DNA of 47,051 bases from Kiritimatiellia bacterium (GTDB taxonomy: Bacteria; Verrucomicrobiota; Kiritimatiellia; RFP12; UBA1067). Below the pieces are notes generated by a model. That model ran no database searches. It had not been told where the DNA came from and saw only the letters and a program-made list of their open reading frames with translations. A program made the translations under genes and the position numbers. Each line of letters begins with the position of its first letter. The stretch's first letter is position 1. The DNA lies in NCBI GenBank assembly GCA_017650345.1, contig JAGCFB010000045.1, positions 1 through 47,051 on the forward strand, written 5' to 3'. This document shows, in pieces, positions 1 through 8,498 of this stretch.

Positions 1-25
1 CCAGCGGTTGGATCACCTCCTTTCT
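1..25 (+). rRNA. rrs: 3' terminus of 16S rRNA (partial, runs off left edge)
   Basis: The window opens with GCGGTTGGATCACCTCCTTTCT, the conserved 16S 3' tail with the anti-Shine-Dalgarno CCTCC. It is followed by an Ile/Ala tRNA spacer, as in a canonical rrn ITS. Confidence 0.85.
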
Positions 26-134
26 AAGGAGACAGGCCGAAAGGCCGAATGGTGAAACGTCCGCGCCAAAAGCGCGGATGCATTCAACGCCCCCACAGCA
101 TATCATCGTGTTCCGTGTCCCTTCCGAATCTGAA

Positions 135-211
135 GGGCTTGTAGCTCAGTTGGTTAGAGCGCGTCCCTGATAAGGACGAGGTCACAAGTTCGATTCTTGT
201 CAGGCCCACCA
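135..211 (+). tRNA. tRNA-Ile (anticodon GAT), CCA encoded
   Basis: GGGCTTGTAGCTCAGTTGGTTAGAGC...CCCTGATAAGG...GGTTCGATTC...GCCCACCA. It has a 7-bp acceptor stem, a D-loop, a T-loop (GTTCGATTC) and anticodon loop CT-GAT-AA. Confidence 0.95.
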
Positions 212-222
212 TTTTTCCCTGC

Positions 223-298
223 GGGGGTATAACTCAGTTGGTAGAGTGGCTGCTTTGCAAGCAGCATGTCGCCGGTTCGAATCCGACTACCTCCACCA
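223..298 (+). tRNA. tRNA-Ala (anticodon TGC), CCA encoded
   Basis: GGGGGTATAACTCAGTTGGTAGAGT...CTTTGCAAG...GGTTCGAATCC...TACCTCCACCA. The G3:U70 wobble pair is present (the Ala identity element), and the anticodon loop is TT-TGC-AA. Confidence 0.95.
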
Positions 299-337
299 TC
301 GTGCGGGATCCCCGCCGAGCAACTCAAGCATCCGATC

Positions 338-1282
338 ATGACTGGTCGAAACACTTACCTGGTATGGCTGGAATGGCCTGAGAAGTGCTTCCGCGTTGAC
401 GCGGAGGCGCTTTGCTTTTTGGGGACGCTTGTTCCTCGCGGATCCGAGGTGGTCCGCGCTAGGAACGAACGCGCCTTCCTGCGCGCGCTTCCGCGCGCGA
501 CGCACGCCATTGTCTGGAGCTTCAAAATGGAATGGTACGCCCTAGCGCCGAGGCTGAAGGTCCTCGCCACGCCCGGCGCCGGACGCGAACTAGTCGCCTG
601 GCGCGACGCTCCTTCGAATGTGAAGGTCCATTTCGGCGGATTCCACGGCGCCATCATCTCCGAGACGGTCGTCGGCTTCATCCTCGCCTGGGCGCACGGG
701 TTCTTCCGTCCGGAGCTGCGCGCGGCGTCCGCCCCGTGGAGGTCTTGCTGGCCGCGCGCATCGATAGGCGGCACATGTTCGCTGGTCGCGGGGACGCGTG
801 CCGTTGTGGCGGGGTACGGACGTATCGGACGAGCCATCGGCTCGAAGCTGGAGGCGCTCGGTGTGTCCGTCTCCGGCATCTCGCGCGGCAACATCGCGGA
901 CCTCGAACCGTTAGCGCGCGAGGCGGACTGGTTCGTCATGGCGCTTCCGAGCGACACGGGCACGGACGGATTCCTTTCGCGTCGCCTAATTTCGAAGCTT
1001 CCCAGGCGTTGCGTCGTCATCAACATCGGACGGGGAAATGCCGTTGACGAGGAGTCTCTCGTCGATGCGCTCAGGCGCGGAAGGATCGCGGGTGCGTACC
1101 TCGACGTCTTCCGCGGCGAGCCGGGTCCGCTCTCCCCGGAAGGCGCCGGAAGCGGCGGCATTCTTGGCGTCGCACCCGCCGATCTCCCACCAAATCTCGT
1201 CATGACGCCGCACTCGTCCGCTTTCTGCACCGAGTATCTTGCAATGTGCTTCAAGGAGCTGAAGGATGAAGGGCTCGTTTGA
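338..1282 (+). CDS. D-isomer-specific 2-hydroxyacid dehydrogenase family protein
   Basis: NAD-binding motif VAGYGRIGRAIGSKLEALGVSV. Catalytic-domain motifs INIGRGNAVDEESLVDALRRGRIAGAYLDVF and MTPHSSA. Start placed at the first ATG after tRNA-Ala (MTGRNTY), since the ORF-track start at 266 lies inside the tRNA. Confidence 0.75.
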   Translation: MTGRNTYLVWLEWPEKCFRVDAEALCFLGTLVPRGSEVVRARNERAFLRALPRATHAIVWSFKMEWYALAPRLKVLATPGAGRELVAWRDAPSNVKVHFGGFHGAIISETVVGFILAWAHGFFRPELRAASAPWRSCWPRASIGGTCSLVAGTRAVVAGYGRIGRAIGSKLEALGVSVSGISRGNIADLEPLAREADWFVMALPSDTGTDGFLSRRLISKLPRRCVVINIGRGNAVDEESLVDALRRGRIAGAYLDVFRGEPGPLSPEGAGSGGILGVAPADLPPNLVMTPHSSAFCTEYLAMCFKELKDEGLV

Positions 1283-1706
1283 GACGAATTCGGTCGAAGA
1301 GACTTGGAACCTTGCGCGCGAATTTGCAAAGGAGTTGCGTCCGGGCACCGTGGTCTGCCTTGAAGGGGACCTCGGAGCGGGCAAGACGACGTTCACCCAG
1401 GGGCTTGCGTCCGCGATGGGCGTAAGGGGGCGGGTGACCTCTCCGACCTTCTGCATCGTGCAGGAGCACGAGGGCGACGGAGGCGGGCTGTTGGTGCATA
1501 TGGACCTGTATAGGCTGCATGGAGAGGATGATGTGCTTGCCATCGGGTGGGAGGACTACCTAGCTCGAGGAGCGGTGCTTGTCGTCGAGTGGCCGGAGCG
1601 TGCGGGATCGCTGATTCCGCCTGACGCGCGCCATGTCGAGATGCGTCACGTTTCCGAAGAATCCCGCATCGTCCATATTGACACAAGGCCGGATTCTGTT
1701 GTATAA
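1266..1706 (+). CDS. tsaE: tRNA t6A37 threonylcarbamoyl-transfer ATPase TsaE (YjeE)
   Basis: 146 aa. P-loop LEGDLGAGKTTFTQGLA followed by VTSPTF and HMDLYRL, the characteristic TsaE pattern. It overlaps the upstream stop by 17 nt. Confidence 0.85.
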   Translation: MKGSFETNSVEETWNLAREFAKELRPGTVVCLEGDLGAGKTTFTQGLASAMGVRGRVTSPTFCIVQEHEGDGGGLLVHMDLYRLHGEDDVLAIGWEDYLARGAVLVVEWPERAGSLIPPDARHVEMRHVSEESRIVHIDTRPDSVV

Positions 1707-1707
1707 T
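1697..1707 (+). promoter_or_regulatory. -10 element TTGTATAAT, 12 nt before the Wza-like ATG (near-leaderless)
   Basis: TATAAT at 1702-1707 and ATG at 1719. No Shine-Dalgarno fits in the gap. Confidence 0.45.
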
Positions 1708-1718
1708 ATCCTCTGAAT

Positions 1719-2390
1719 ATGGGCAGAGTGTACATAAAAAAAGCTTTAAGTGCGGTCGCATGCGTCTGCATGTGTGGTTGCATTGACATTTTCGGTCCTC
1801 GCGTTCCCGAGGCTCCCGCCGACGATTCAGAGGCTGTCGCGATCTACTACGACGGGATTCCGCGCGTCCGTCCGGGCGTCGTCGTCACGGTCCAGGTCGG
1901 CGCGCCGTCACAGAATCCCGTCTCCATGCAGGTGCAGGTTGACCAGAACGGCGAGGCAACGCTTCCGTACCTCCTTGATTCGCCGGTCAAGTGCAACGGC
2001 AAGACGCTTGACGAGCTCAAGTGGATACTTATCGACAGGTATAAGGATTTCATCCGCCAGCCCGTGGTCGCGGTCTCCTTCGTCCCTACGGACGGCAACA
2101 ACGGCGTAAGCCCCTACGGCACGGTCAACGTCCTCGGCGAGGTCGCGATGCCGGGTCCGGTCAACATGCCCGCCACGATGGACCTCACGGTCACAAAGGT
2201 GATCAAGCTCGCAGGCGGGCTCAGGCCGTTCGCGGACAAGTCCAGGATCCGCGTCACTAGCTGCGACAAGGCGGGCAACAAGCACCGCACGATAGTCAAT
2301 CTCCAGGAGATCGGGAAGAACGGCGACATAACCAAGGACATCGCGCTTCGCGCGGGCGACGTGGTGTGGGTGCCGGAATCCTGGTACTGA
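1719..2390 (+). CDS. polysaccharide export protein (Wza-like, Poly_export + SLBB), lipoprotein
   Basis: Lipoprotein-type signal with Cys-rich end (ACVCMCGC). VNVLGEVAMPGPV...TVTKVIKLAGGLRPFADKSRIRV...GDVVWVPESWY matches the export/SLBB pattern. The gene heads an EPS locus. Confidence 0.7.
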   Translation: MGRVYIKKALSAVACVCMCGCIDIFGPRVPEAPADDSEAVAIYYDGIPRVRPGVVVTVQVGAPSQNPVSMQVQVDQNGEATLPYLLDSPVKCNGKTLDELKWILIDRYKDFIRQPVVAVSFVPTDGNNGVSPYGTVNVLGEVAMPGPVNMPATMDLTVTKVIKLAGGLRPFADKSRIRVTSCDKAGNKHRTIVNLQEIGKNGDITKDIALRAGDVVWVPESWY

Positions 2391-2454
2391 CGGGAGGCAT
2401 CCGCAGGCTGGAACTACAGAACTTCAAAACCTAACGAGCGAAAGGACAAACCAG

Positions 2455-3399
2455 ATGAAGAAGATAATGATGATCGGAGCGGCAGCTCTCGCCATGGCGG
2501 CGATCGAGGTGCGCGCGATGTCGCTTGCCGAAGCAAGCGGACAGATTGCGTCTGCCGTGGCGGACGAGAACGTCATGGCCGACATAGTGGGTCAGCTGTC
2601 CCACGCCGACCAGGTTGCCTTCCTCAGCCGCGTCAACGCGGCGATCGACTCGAAGCCCGGCTCTCCCGCCGAGAAGGCGGCGGACTACCTCAAGGCGAAC
2701 AAGGCCGCCGTCAAGGCCGCCAAGGGCAACCGCACAGCCCTCCTTGCCGAGACGTTCGCGACCGTTCCGCCCGAGGCCCTCACGCTCATCAACGAGCGCT
2801 TCGCGGCCGAGCTCTTCAGCCGCAACGCCAACCCCGAGGCCCCGATCGACGACGACCGCATGACCAACATCGCCGTTTCGGTGTTCGAGAAGGTCCAGGC
2901 CCGCACCGCGGCCGCCGACAACTCGGACGTCCGCAACACCTTCGCAATCCTCATGCTCGTCCGCGCGTCCGAGGGTTCGCCCGCCGACCTCGCGGACACG
3001 CTCGTCTCCCAGATGGACGATCCCGCCGCTCGCGAGCAGGCCAAGACCGAATGGCTCCCCGCCGCTCTCGGACAGGGCCAGCCCAAGTCCTACGAGCCGC
3101 TCCTCGGCGCCAGCGACGCCGGCGACCAGCCCGACTTCCTCGCCGTCGCCCATATCGCCAAGCCCGAGACGCCCGTAGCGCTCCTGGCGGACCTCGACGG
3201 CGCACCCGGCGACATCGCGACCGTCAAGGCCACGCTTGGACCCGGCTTCGCTTCGCTCCCGGACTCCATCGGCGACGGCGCCGGACTCACGCGCGTTCCT
3301 AAGTCCGTCGATCCTTCGGACAAGTGGTTCGGCGGACTTCGCCGCGGCGAGGCTCCCAGCGAGCCGCACGGATACTCCGGCCAGCGCATTTACGAATAA
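2455..3399 (+). CDS. secreted hypothetical protein (Ala/Asp-rich)
   Basis: Signal peptide MKKIMMIGAAALAMAAIEVRA. Consistent coding frame between Wza-like and the beta-barrel gene. No family recognised. Confidence 0.55.
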   Translation: MKKIMMIGAAALAMAAIEVRAMSLAEASGQIASAVADENVMADIVGQLSHADQVAFLSRVNAAIDSKPGSPAEKAADYLKANKAAVKAAKGNRTALLAETFATVPPEALTLINERFAAELFSRNANPEAPIDDDRMTNIAVSVFEKVQARTAAADNSDVRNTFAILMLVRASEGSPADLADTLVSQMDDPAAREQAKTEWLPAALGQGQPKSYEPLLGASDAGDQPDFLAVAHIAKPETPVALLADLDGAPGDIATVKATLGPGFASLPDSIGDGAGLTRVPKSVDPSDKWFGGLRRGEAPSEPHGYSGQRIYE

Positions 3400-3429
3400 T
3401 CGCGGGAATACCTCAAGGGGAAACATCTC

Positions 3430-4677
3430 ATGAAAACCAGCAAGCTTATCGTCCTTTCCGCAATCGCCGCTGCCTCGGCCGCGCAGGCGGACATCATGGA
3501 TCGTCCGAAGGGCTACACGATCGGCGAGCGCATGACGCTCTATCCGTACGTCGGCTTCAACTACACGTACGACTCCAACATCGACTCGTCCAAGCACTCG
3601 AAGAGCGGATCGCAGTGGGTCGTCAGCCCGACTGTCGATCTCACCTACCTCGACGAGAACTGGAGCGTAACCGGTCGCGCGTACTACCAGTACCACGCGT
3701 ACAACAAGTACAGCTCCCAGCTCAACACCTCCAGCTACGGCGAGAACATCTCGGCCAAGTGGGCCAACTCCTCCGCCTCCGAGAAGGGCTGGAGCCTCAT
3801 CGTGTCCGAGGACTACCGCCAGATCTCCCAGGATGACGACATGACCAGCTCCGGCGGCAGGGGTATCGGCCGCGACCGCCAGGAGTTCACCGCCAACGGC
3901 GCGATCGAGCGCCGTCTGAATGCGTACATGCGTCTCGCCGCGATGGGCAACTACTACTTGCTCGACTACGACAACAACAACGACAAGTACGCTCCGCTCT
4001 ACGGCTGGAAGCGCACCGTCGCCGGCGGCGAGATCGGGTTTGCGCCTTCTCCCTGGACCGAGCTCATTCTCCACGCCAACTACCAGTGGTACAGGCAGGA
4101 CAACGACTACGATCGCATAAACGGCGGCAACGACCGCGGCGTGGCGAGCGAGTCCAAGGGATACTCGTTCCTCGCCGGTATCGGAACCCGTGCCACCGAG
4201 CGCATCGACTACCGCCTGCTCGGCGGCTGGACCCGCTTCGAGTACGGCAACGGCACGAAGGACGCCAACGGCTTCACCTACCAGGCCTCGGCCAAGTGGA
4301 AGGTCAGCGACACCCTCTCGTTCATGGCCCTCGGCTCCAGCTACTACCAGCCGTCCGAGACGCAGTACGCTAGCGCGATCAAGGTCTATACGGGTAGCGT
4401 CGGCGTCGGCAAGAGCTTCATCCAGGGCAAGGTCTCCGGCACGTTCGACCTCTCCTACCGCAAGGAGTCGCACGAGTGCTCGACCGGCGCGGCGGGCGAC
4501 TACGATACGGACATCTGGACGACCCGTCTCGGACTCAGCTACTGCCTGAACCGCTTCGTCAGCCTCTTCGGCAGCATCGAGTACCAGACCTCCGAGAGCT
4601 CTGGCGGAAACGTCTCTGGACACTATTACGACTACGACCGCTTCCGCGGCACCGTCGGGTTCCGTCTGACCTACTGA
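3430..4677 (+). CDS. outer-membrane beta-barrel protein of EPS locus
   Basis: Signal peptide ending AAQA. Alternating aromatic and polar beta-strand pattern, many Y/G/N/D/S residues, and C-terminal strand GTVGFRLTY ending in an aromatic residue. Confidence 0.65.
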   Translation: MKTSKLIVLSAIAAASAAQADIMDRPKGYTIGERMTLYPYVGFNYTYDSNIDSSKHSKSGSQWVVSPTVDLTYLDENWSVTGRAYYQYHAYNKYSSQLNTSSYGENISAKWANSSASEKGWSLIVSEDYRQISQDDDMTSSGGRGIGRDRQEFTANGAIERRLNAYMRLAAMGNYYLLDYDNNNDKYAPLYGWKRTVAGGEIGFAPSPWTELILHANYQWYRQDNDYDRINGGNDRGVASESKGYSFLAGIGTRATERIDYRLLGGWTRFEYGNGTKDANGFTYQASAKWKVSDTLSFMALGSSYYQPSETQYASAIKVYTGSVGVGKSFIQGKVSGTFDLSYRKESHECSTGAAGDYDTDIWTTRLGLSYCLNRFVSLFGSIEYQTSESSGGNVSGHYYDYDRFRGTVGFRLTY

Positions 4678-4681
4678 TACA

Positions 4682-6079
4682 GTGCAGCGTTTTCTGTCGA
4701 AATACGGAGTTGCGGCGCACCTGGCCTTGCTGGCGGTGTCGCCGCTCTTCCTATTCCCGTATCTAACGGCCGGCTCGGTCGCCACAGTCGTCCTGTGGCT
4801 GTCGCTGTTCGCCGCGATATGGATCGTCATGGAGCCCTCCCGCCGTTCCGGCGAGATGCTCCACGACGCAAGGGTCCGCGCCGCGGCGGGATTCATTAAG
4901 GACCCCATTCTCTGGGGAATGCTCGTCGTCATCGTCGCTGTGGCGGTCCGCTGGGCTAACTCCGGCATCGGACTCGCCTACGACGCCGAGAGGTCCGTCT
5001 GGTCGATCAGCAGTCCGGCTGCGGTGTTTCTTCCCGGCTGCGTTGACGGCGCCGGCTATCCTCCGTTCGCGACATGCGTGGCCCTTACGGTCCTCATGCT
5101 CGGATGCAGGCATTCGCTCGGAAAGTCCGCGCGCGTTTCTTTCCTCCTCACATCCTCGTCCCTTGCGGGGCTTGCGGCCATAGCCGCGATCGTAGCCGTC
5201 TTCTTCGGACACGAAGGAGCCGTGCTTGCGGCCAGCTGTCCGACCGTGACATCCTCCTTCGCGGGTGCATGCTTCGGACTCTACTTCCTAGCCGGCGTGG
5301 CTTCGCTTTCCGGACTGTACGAGTGCGGATGGGGCAGTCTCCTTCCGCTCGCCATGCTCGCCGTCGGCGGTTCCGCCGCAGGGCTCTACTTCTTCGCTCC
5401 GGCGCCTGTCGTGCTTGCGTTTCTCGCGGCCGGAATCCTCACTCTCGCCGTGACGTGCGCCTATTCCGCGCTTCGCCACGACCCGAAGACGGCTTTCAAG
5501 TGCGTCGCGGCGATCCTTATCGCGGCGCCGATTCCCGTCCTTTGCGCGCTTGCGCTTGCACCCGAGGGGATGAACGAGTCGAGGCTTGCGTTCGCCACGG
5601 ACGGTATGGATGCGCTTTTCGCGTCCGGCTTCCACGAGGCACGCGCGGCGCTCTCGCGCATGGCGCGCGGCGCCTTCGCGACGCATCCGTGGATCGGCTC
5701 CGGGCTCGGCTCCTTCCCGCTCGACATCCGCTTCAACGCAACTGCGGCCGATTGGGCGATCATTGCGCAGGGTCAGGACAATCCGCTTTCGGGATGGTGG
5801 CTGCTTGCGGCGGAGCGCGGAATCTTCGGCGCGATCCTGCTTGCGCTTCCCCTGGTCGTCCTCCTTTCCTCGATCATCCGCAGGCTGGTCGTCTCGCTGC
5901 GAGCCCGCGCGGCGTCCGGCGCGTTCCTTCCTAGCGTAGGGCTCGCGCTGTTCGCGCTGTCCGTGCTCGTGGCAGAGATGTTCTTCGACGGTTCGGCGCT
6001 CCGTCCGGAGTGCCTCATGGCGATTGGATCGTTCCTCGCGCTGGCGGCGCTTGCGTTCCCGTCCCGCAAACAGGACTGA
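4682..6079 (+). CDS. O-antigen ligase / Wzy-like polymerase family membrane protein
   Basis: More than 10 predicted TM segments. THPWIGSGLGSF resembles the Wzy_C/O-antigen ligase loop motif. A GTG start immediately follows the upstream stop, so the start is uncertain. Confidence 0.55.
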   Translation: MQRFLSKYGVAAHLALLAVSPLFLFPYLTAGSVATVVLWLSLFAAIWIVMEPSRRSGEMLHDARVRAAAGFIKDPILWGMLVVIVAVAVRWANSGIGLAYDAERSVWSISSPAAVFLPGCVDGAGYPPFATCVALTVLMLGCRHSLGKSARVSFLLTSSSLAGLAAIAAIVAVFFGHEGAVLAASCPTVTSSFAGACFGLYFLAGVASLSGLYECGWGSLLPLAMLAVGGSAAGLYFFAPAPVVLAFLAAGILTLAVTCAYSALRHDPKTAFKCVAAILIAAPIPVLCALALAPEGMNESRLAFATDGMDALFASGFHEARAALSRMARGAFATHPWIGSGLGSFPLDIRFNATAADWAIIAQGQDNPLSGWWLLAAERGIFGAILLALPLVVLLSSIIRRLVVSLRARAASGAFLPSVGLALFALSVLVAEMFFDGSALRPECLMAIGSFLALAALAFPSRKQD

Positions 6080-6128
6080 ATGCTTAAACGAAGGATTTAC
6101 TAAGACTTAAGACTGGAGAGCAGAACAA

Positions 6129-8498
6129 ATGGGCGACAAACCTCTTTACTACGGCAGCAGCAAGGATACGCCGATGTACTACGGCGGCGGCTCCAAGAGC
6201 CCCATGTACTACGGCGGCGGCAGGCAGTACGGCTCCTACGGAAGCTATGGCTCCTACGGAAGCTACGGCGGAACGCCTCCCGGAGGCGAGGACGAGACGC
6301 TCATCGGCTCCATCACGTTCGGACGCATGCTCCGCGTCATCTCGCAGCGCTGGCTGTCCGTCTTCGTGTTCATCCTCGTCGGACTCATCGTCTCCTTCGC
6401 GATCTACAAGATCTCGCCGACAATCTACGAGACCAGCAGCGAGTTCACGATGGACATACGCCGCTCGACGGGACGCAACGCGACCGCGCTGGACCAGGCG
6501 ATGATCGACTACGGCAACAACTACGCCGAAATCTTCAACACTCGCCTTTCGTCCTGGCGTTCGGACAAGATCGTCGCGAAGATCGTCGATGCCTACCGCA
6601 CCGGCTACCCCGCGTCCGTCGTCACCGAGGAGGAGATCGTCTCCACCCTCGCCGGCTCCAAGCTCGAGCTCCAGCGCAACTCCCGCAACATCACGATAAC
6701 GGTCCGCTCCAAGTCCCCGGCCCTCGCGGCCGCGCTCGCCAACGCCTACGCCCAGGCGATCGAGGCGCTCACCGACGAGGAGAACAAGAACCGCTGCGAC
6801 AAGGCGGTCCAGCAGCTCCACGGAAGCGTGGAGTCCAAGCGCCGCGAAGTCGAGGACATCACCGCGCAGCTTCTCGCTTCCAGGACCACCAATCGCGTCG
6901 ATCAGCTCCGCGCCCGCCGCGAGATGGTCCAGCAGACCATCGTGAAGATGACGCAGGACATCAACGAGCTCGAGACAGAGGTCACCCAGCTCACGGAATG
7001 GGAGCGCATGCTCACCGCCGTCAAGCAGAACCCCGAGAACTTCGGCGTCCTCTCCTCCGGCGCCCCGCGCGCGCAGGAGATCGCGTCCGAATACCGCGCC
7101 TACCTCGACGCGACGAACGAGTACGCCAAGCTGATCCTCACCTACACGGACAACCATCCGGAGGTCATCTCCAAGAGCATGGAGGTGGAGAACGCGCGCA
7201 AGCGCTTCGTCGATGCCGCCGCCAAGGCCCTTGAATCCGGAAGCGCGTCGCTCAGCGTCGCCGTCAACCGTCTCGGGATCGCGAAGGCGAAGCGCGAGGA
7301 GCTCAACGCACAGCTCGCGTCGCTCTCCCAGGAGATCAACCACGCCGAGTCCAAGCTCAGCATCATCGAGAGGAACTACGCCGTCGCGTCCGAGGTTCTG
7401 AAGGACCTCACGATGCAGGAGAGCAAGGCGCGCACCGAGGCTGAGGCGAACAACGAGACGATATCGCTCGGACGCCAGGCGACGGAGCCGCGCAAGCCGG
7501 TCCTCCCCAATCCGATGGTCATCTTCGGCGCCGGAATCGGCATTTCGCTCGCGCTCGGACTCCTCTTCGTGCTCGTCATGGACAACCTTGAGGACACGGT
7601 CGTCAACCTCGCGGACATCGAAGGACGCCTCGCCCTAAAGGTGCTCGCGGTGCTTCCACACGTCCGCCGCAAGACGCGCGAGCAGGTCGCGAAGTTCGCC
7701 GTGGAGGAGAAGTACTCCCAGTTCTCCGAGGCGATAGCGGGATTCCGCAACCTCCTGGACTCGCCCCGCTACGAGTCCATGTCGCACTGCCTGCTCATCA
7801 TCTCCACGCAGCCGGGCGAAGGAAAGACCATCACCTCGACGTCCATCGCGATCTCCTACGCCCAGTCCGGACGCCGCGTCCTGCACGTCGATTTCGACCT
7901 GCGCCGTCCGCGCCTCGCCCGCATCTGGGACGTCCAGCTCACCAAGGAACGCAGCTTCTCCCACACGCTCCAGAACGCCGGCGACGGCAAGCCGGACTTC
8001 GCGAAGCTCGTAAACCACACGTCCGTCAAGGGCCTGGACGTCATCTGCTCGCTCCCGCCGGACGGCGTTTCGCCCTCGACGATCTTCGGCTCCAGCGTGA
8101 TATCCGACTTCTTCGCCTGGGCGCGCGCCAACTACGACCGCATCATCGTTGACTCGCCGCCGTACGGCGTCGTCGGCGACGTGGTCTCGCTCTCGGTCCT
8201 CGTCGATTCCGTCATCATCATGTGCTGCCCGGACCGTACGCACTTCAAGCCGATCCAGTACTGCTCCAGGAGCCTTACAGAGGCCGGCGCGAACATTCTC
8301 GGCGTGATCGTCAACGACGTCGAGATCGCAAGCGCGTCCGCGTTCAGCCCGACGACCCGACACAGCTACCGCTACGGATACGGGTACGGGTACGGCTACG
8401 GCTACAGGCCCGAGAGCAAGGCCGGCGAAGGCGCGGAGGGCGCCGACGGACAGGGTGCGCCGATCGTCGAGAACGAGGAATTCACCGACGACGAATGA
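6129..8498 (+). CDS. polysaccharide co-polymerase / tyrosine autokinase (Wzc/GumC-like BY-kinase)
   Basis: Wzz-like TM1, a long coiled-coil periplasmic region and TM2. Then the CpsD/CapB P-loop domain (IISTQPGEGKTITSTSIA, VLHVDFDLRRP, IIVDSPPYG) and a C-terminal Tyr cluster YRYGYGYGYGYGYR. Confidence 0.85.
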   Translation: MGDKPLYYGSSKDTPMYYGGGSKSPMYYGGGRQYGSYGSYGSYGSYGGTPPGGEDETLIGSITFGRMLRVISQRWLSVFVFILVGLIVSFAIYKISPTIYETSSEFTMDIRRSTGRNATALDQAMIDYGNNYAEIFNTRLSSWRSDKIVAKIVDAYRTGYPASVVTEEEIVSTLAGSKLELQRNSRNITITVRSKSPALAAALANAYAQAIEALTDEENKNRCDKAVQQLHGSVESKRREVEDITAQLLASRTTNRVDQLRARREMVQQTIVKMTQDINELETEVTQLTEWERMLTAVKQNPENFGVLSSGAPRAQEIASEYRAYLDATNEYAKLILTYTDNHPEVISKSMEVENARKRFVDAAAKALESGSASLSVAVNRLGIAKAKREELNAQLASLSQEINHAESKLSIIERNYAVASEVLKDLTMQESKARTEAEANNETISLGRQATEPRKPVLPNPMVIFGAGIGISLALGLLFVLVMDNLEDTVVNLADIEGRLALKVLAVLPHVRRKTREQVAKFAVEEKYSQFSEAIAGFRNLLDSPRYESMSHCLLIISTQPGEGKTITSTSIAISYAQSGRRVLHVDFDLRRPRLARIWDVQLTKERSFSHTLQNAGDGKPDFAKLVNHTSVKGLDVICSLPPDGVSPSTIFGSSVISDFFAWARANYDRIIVDSPPYGVVGDVVSLSVLVDSVIIMCCPDRTHFKPIQYCSRSLTEAGANILGVIVNDVEIASASAFSPTTRHSYRYGYGYGYGYGYRPESKAGEGAEGADGQGAPIVENEEFTDDE

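Noticed and set aside
154-354. A 66-aa minus-strand ORF and the 266 start of the plus-strand ORF, both overlapping the tRNA genes.
   Set aside because: Both are fully explained by the tRNA-Ile and tRNA-Ala sequences. Coding is implausible.
2431-4968. An 845-aa minus-strand ORF, with similar very long ORFs at 6084-7343 (-), 10373-12166 (-), 13687-15663 (+), 24618-26177 (-), 29097-30752 (-) and 40560-42215 (+).
   Set aside because: These are shadow ORFs typical of high-GC DNA. Their translations are Arg/Ala/Gly/Asp/Val low-complexity sequences without motifs. Each lies antisense to, or out of frame with, an ORF carrying clear family signatures.
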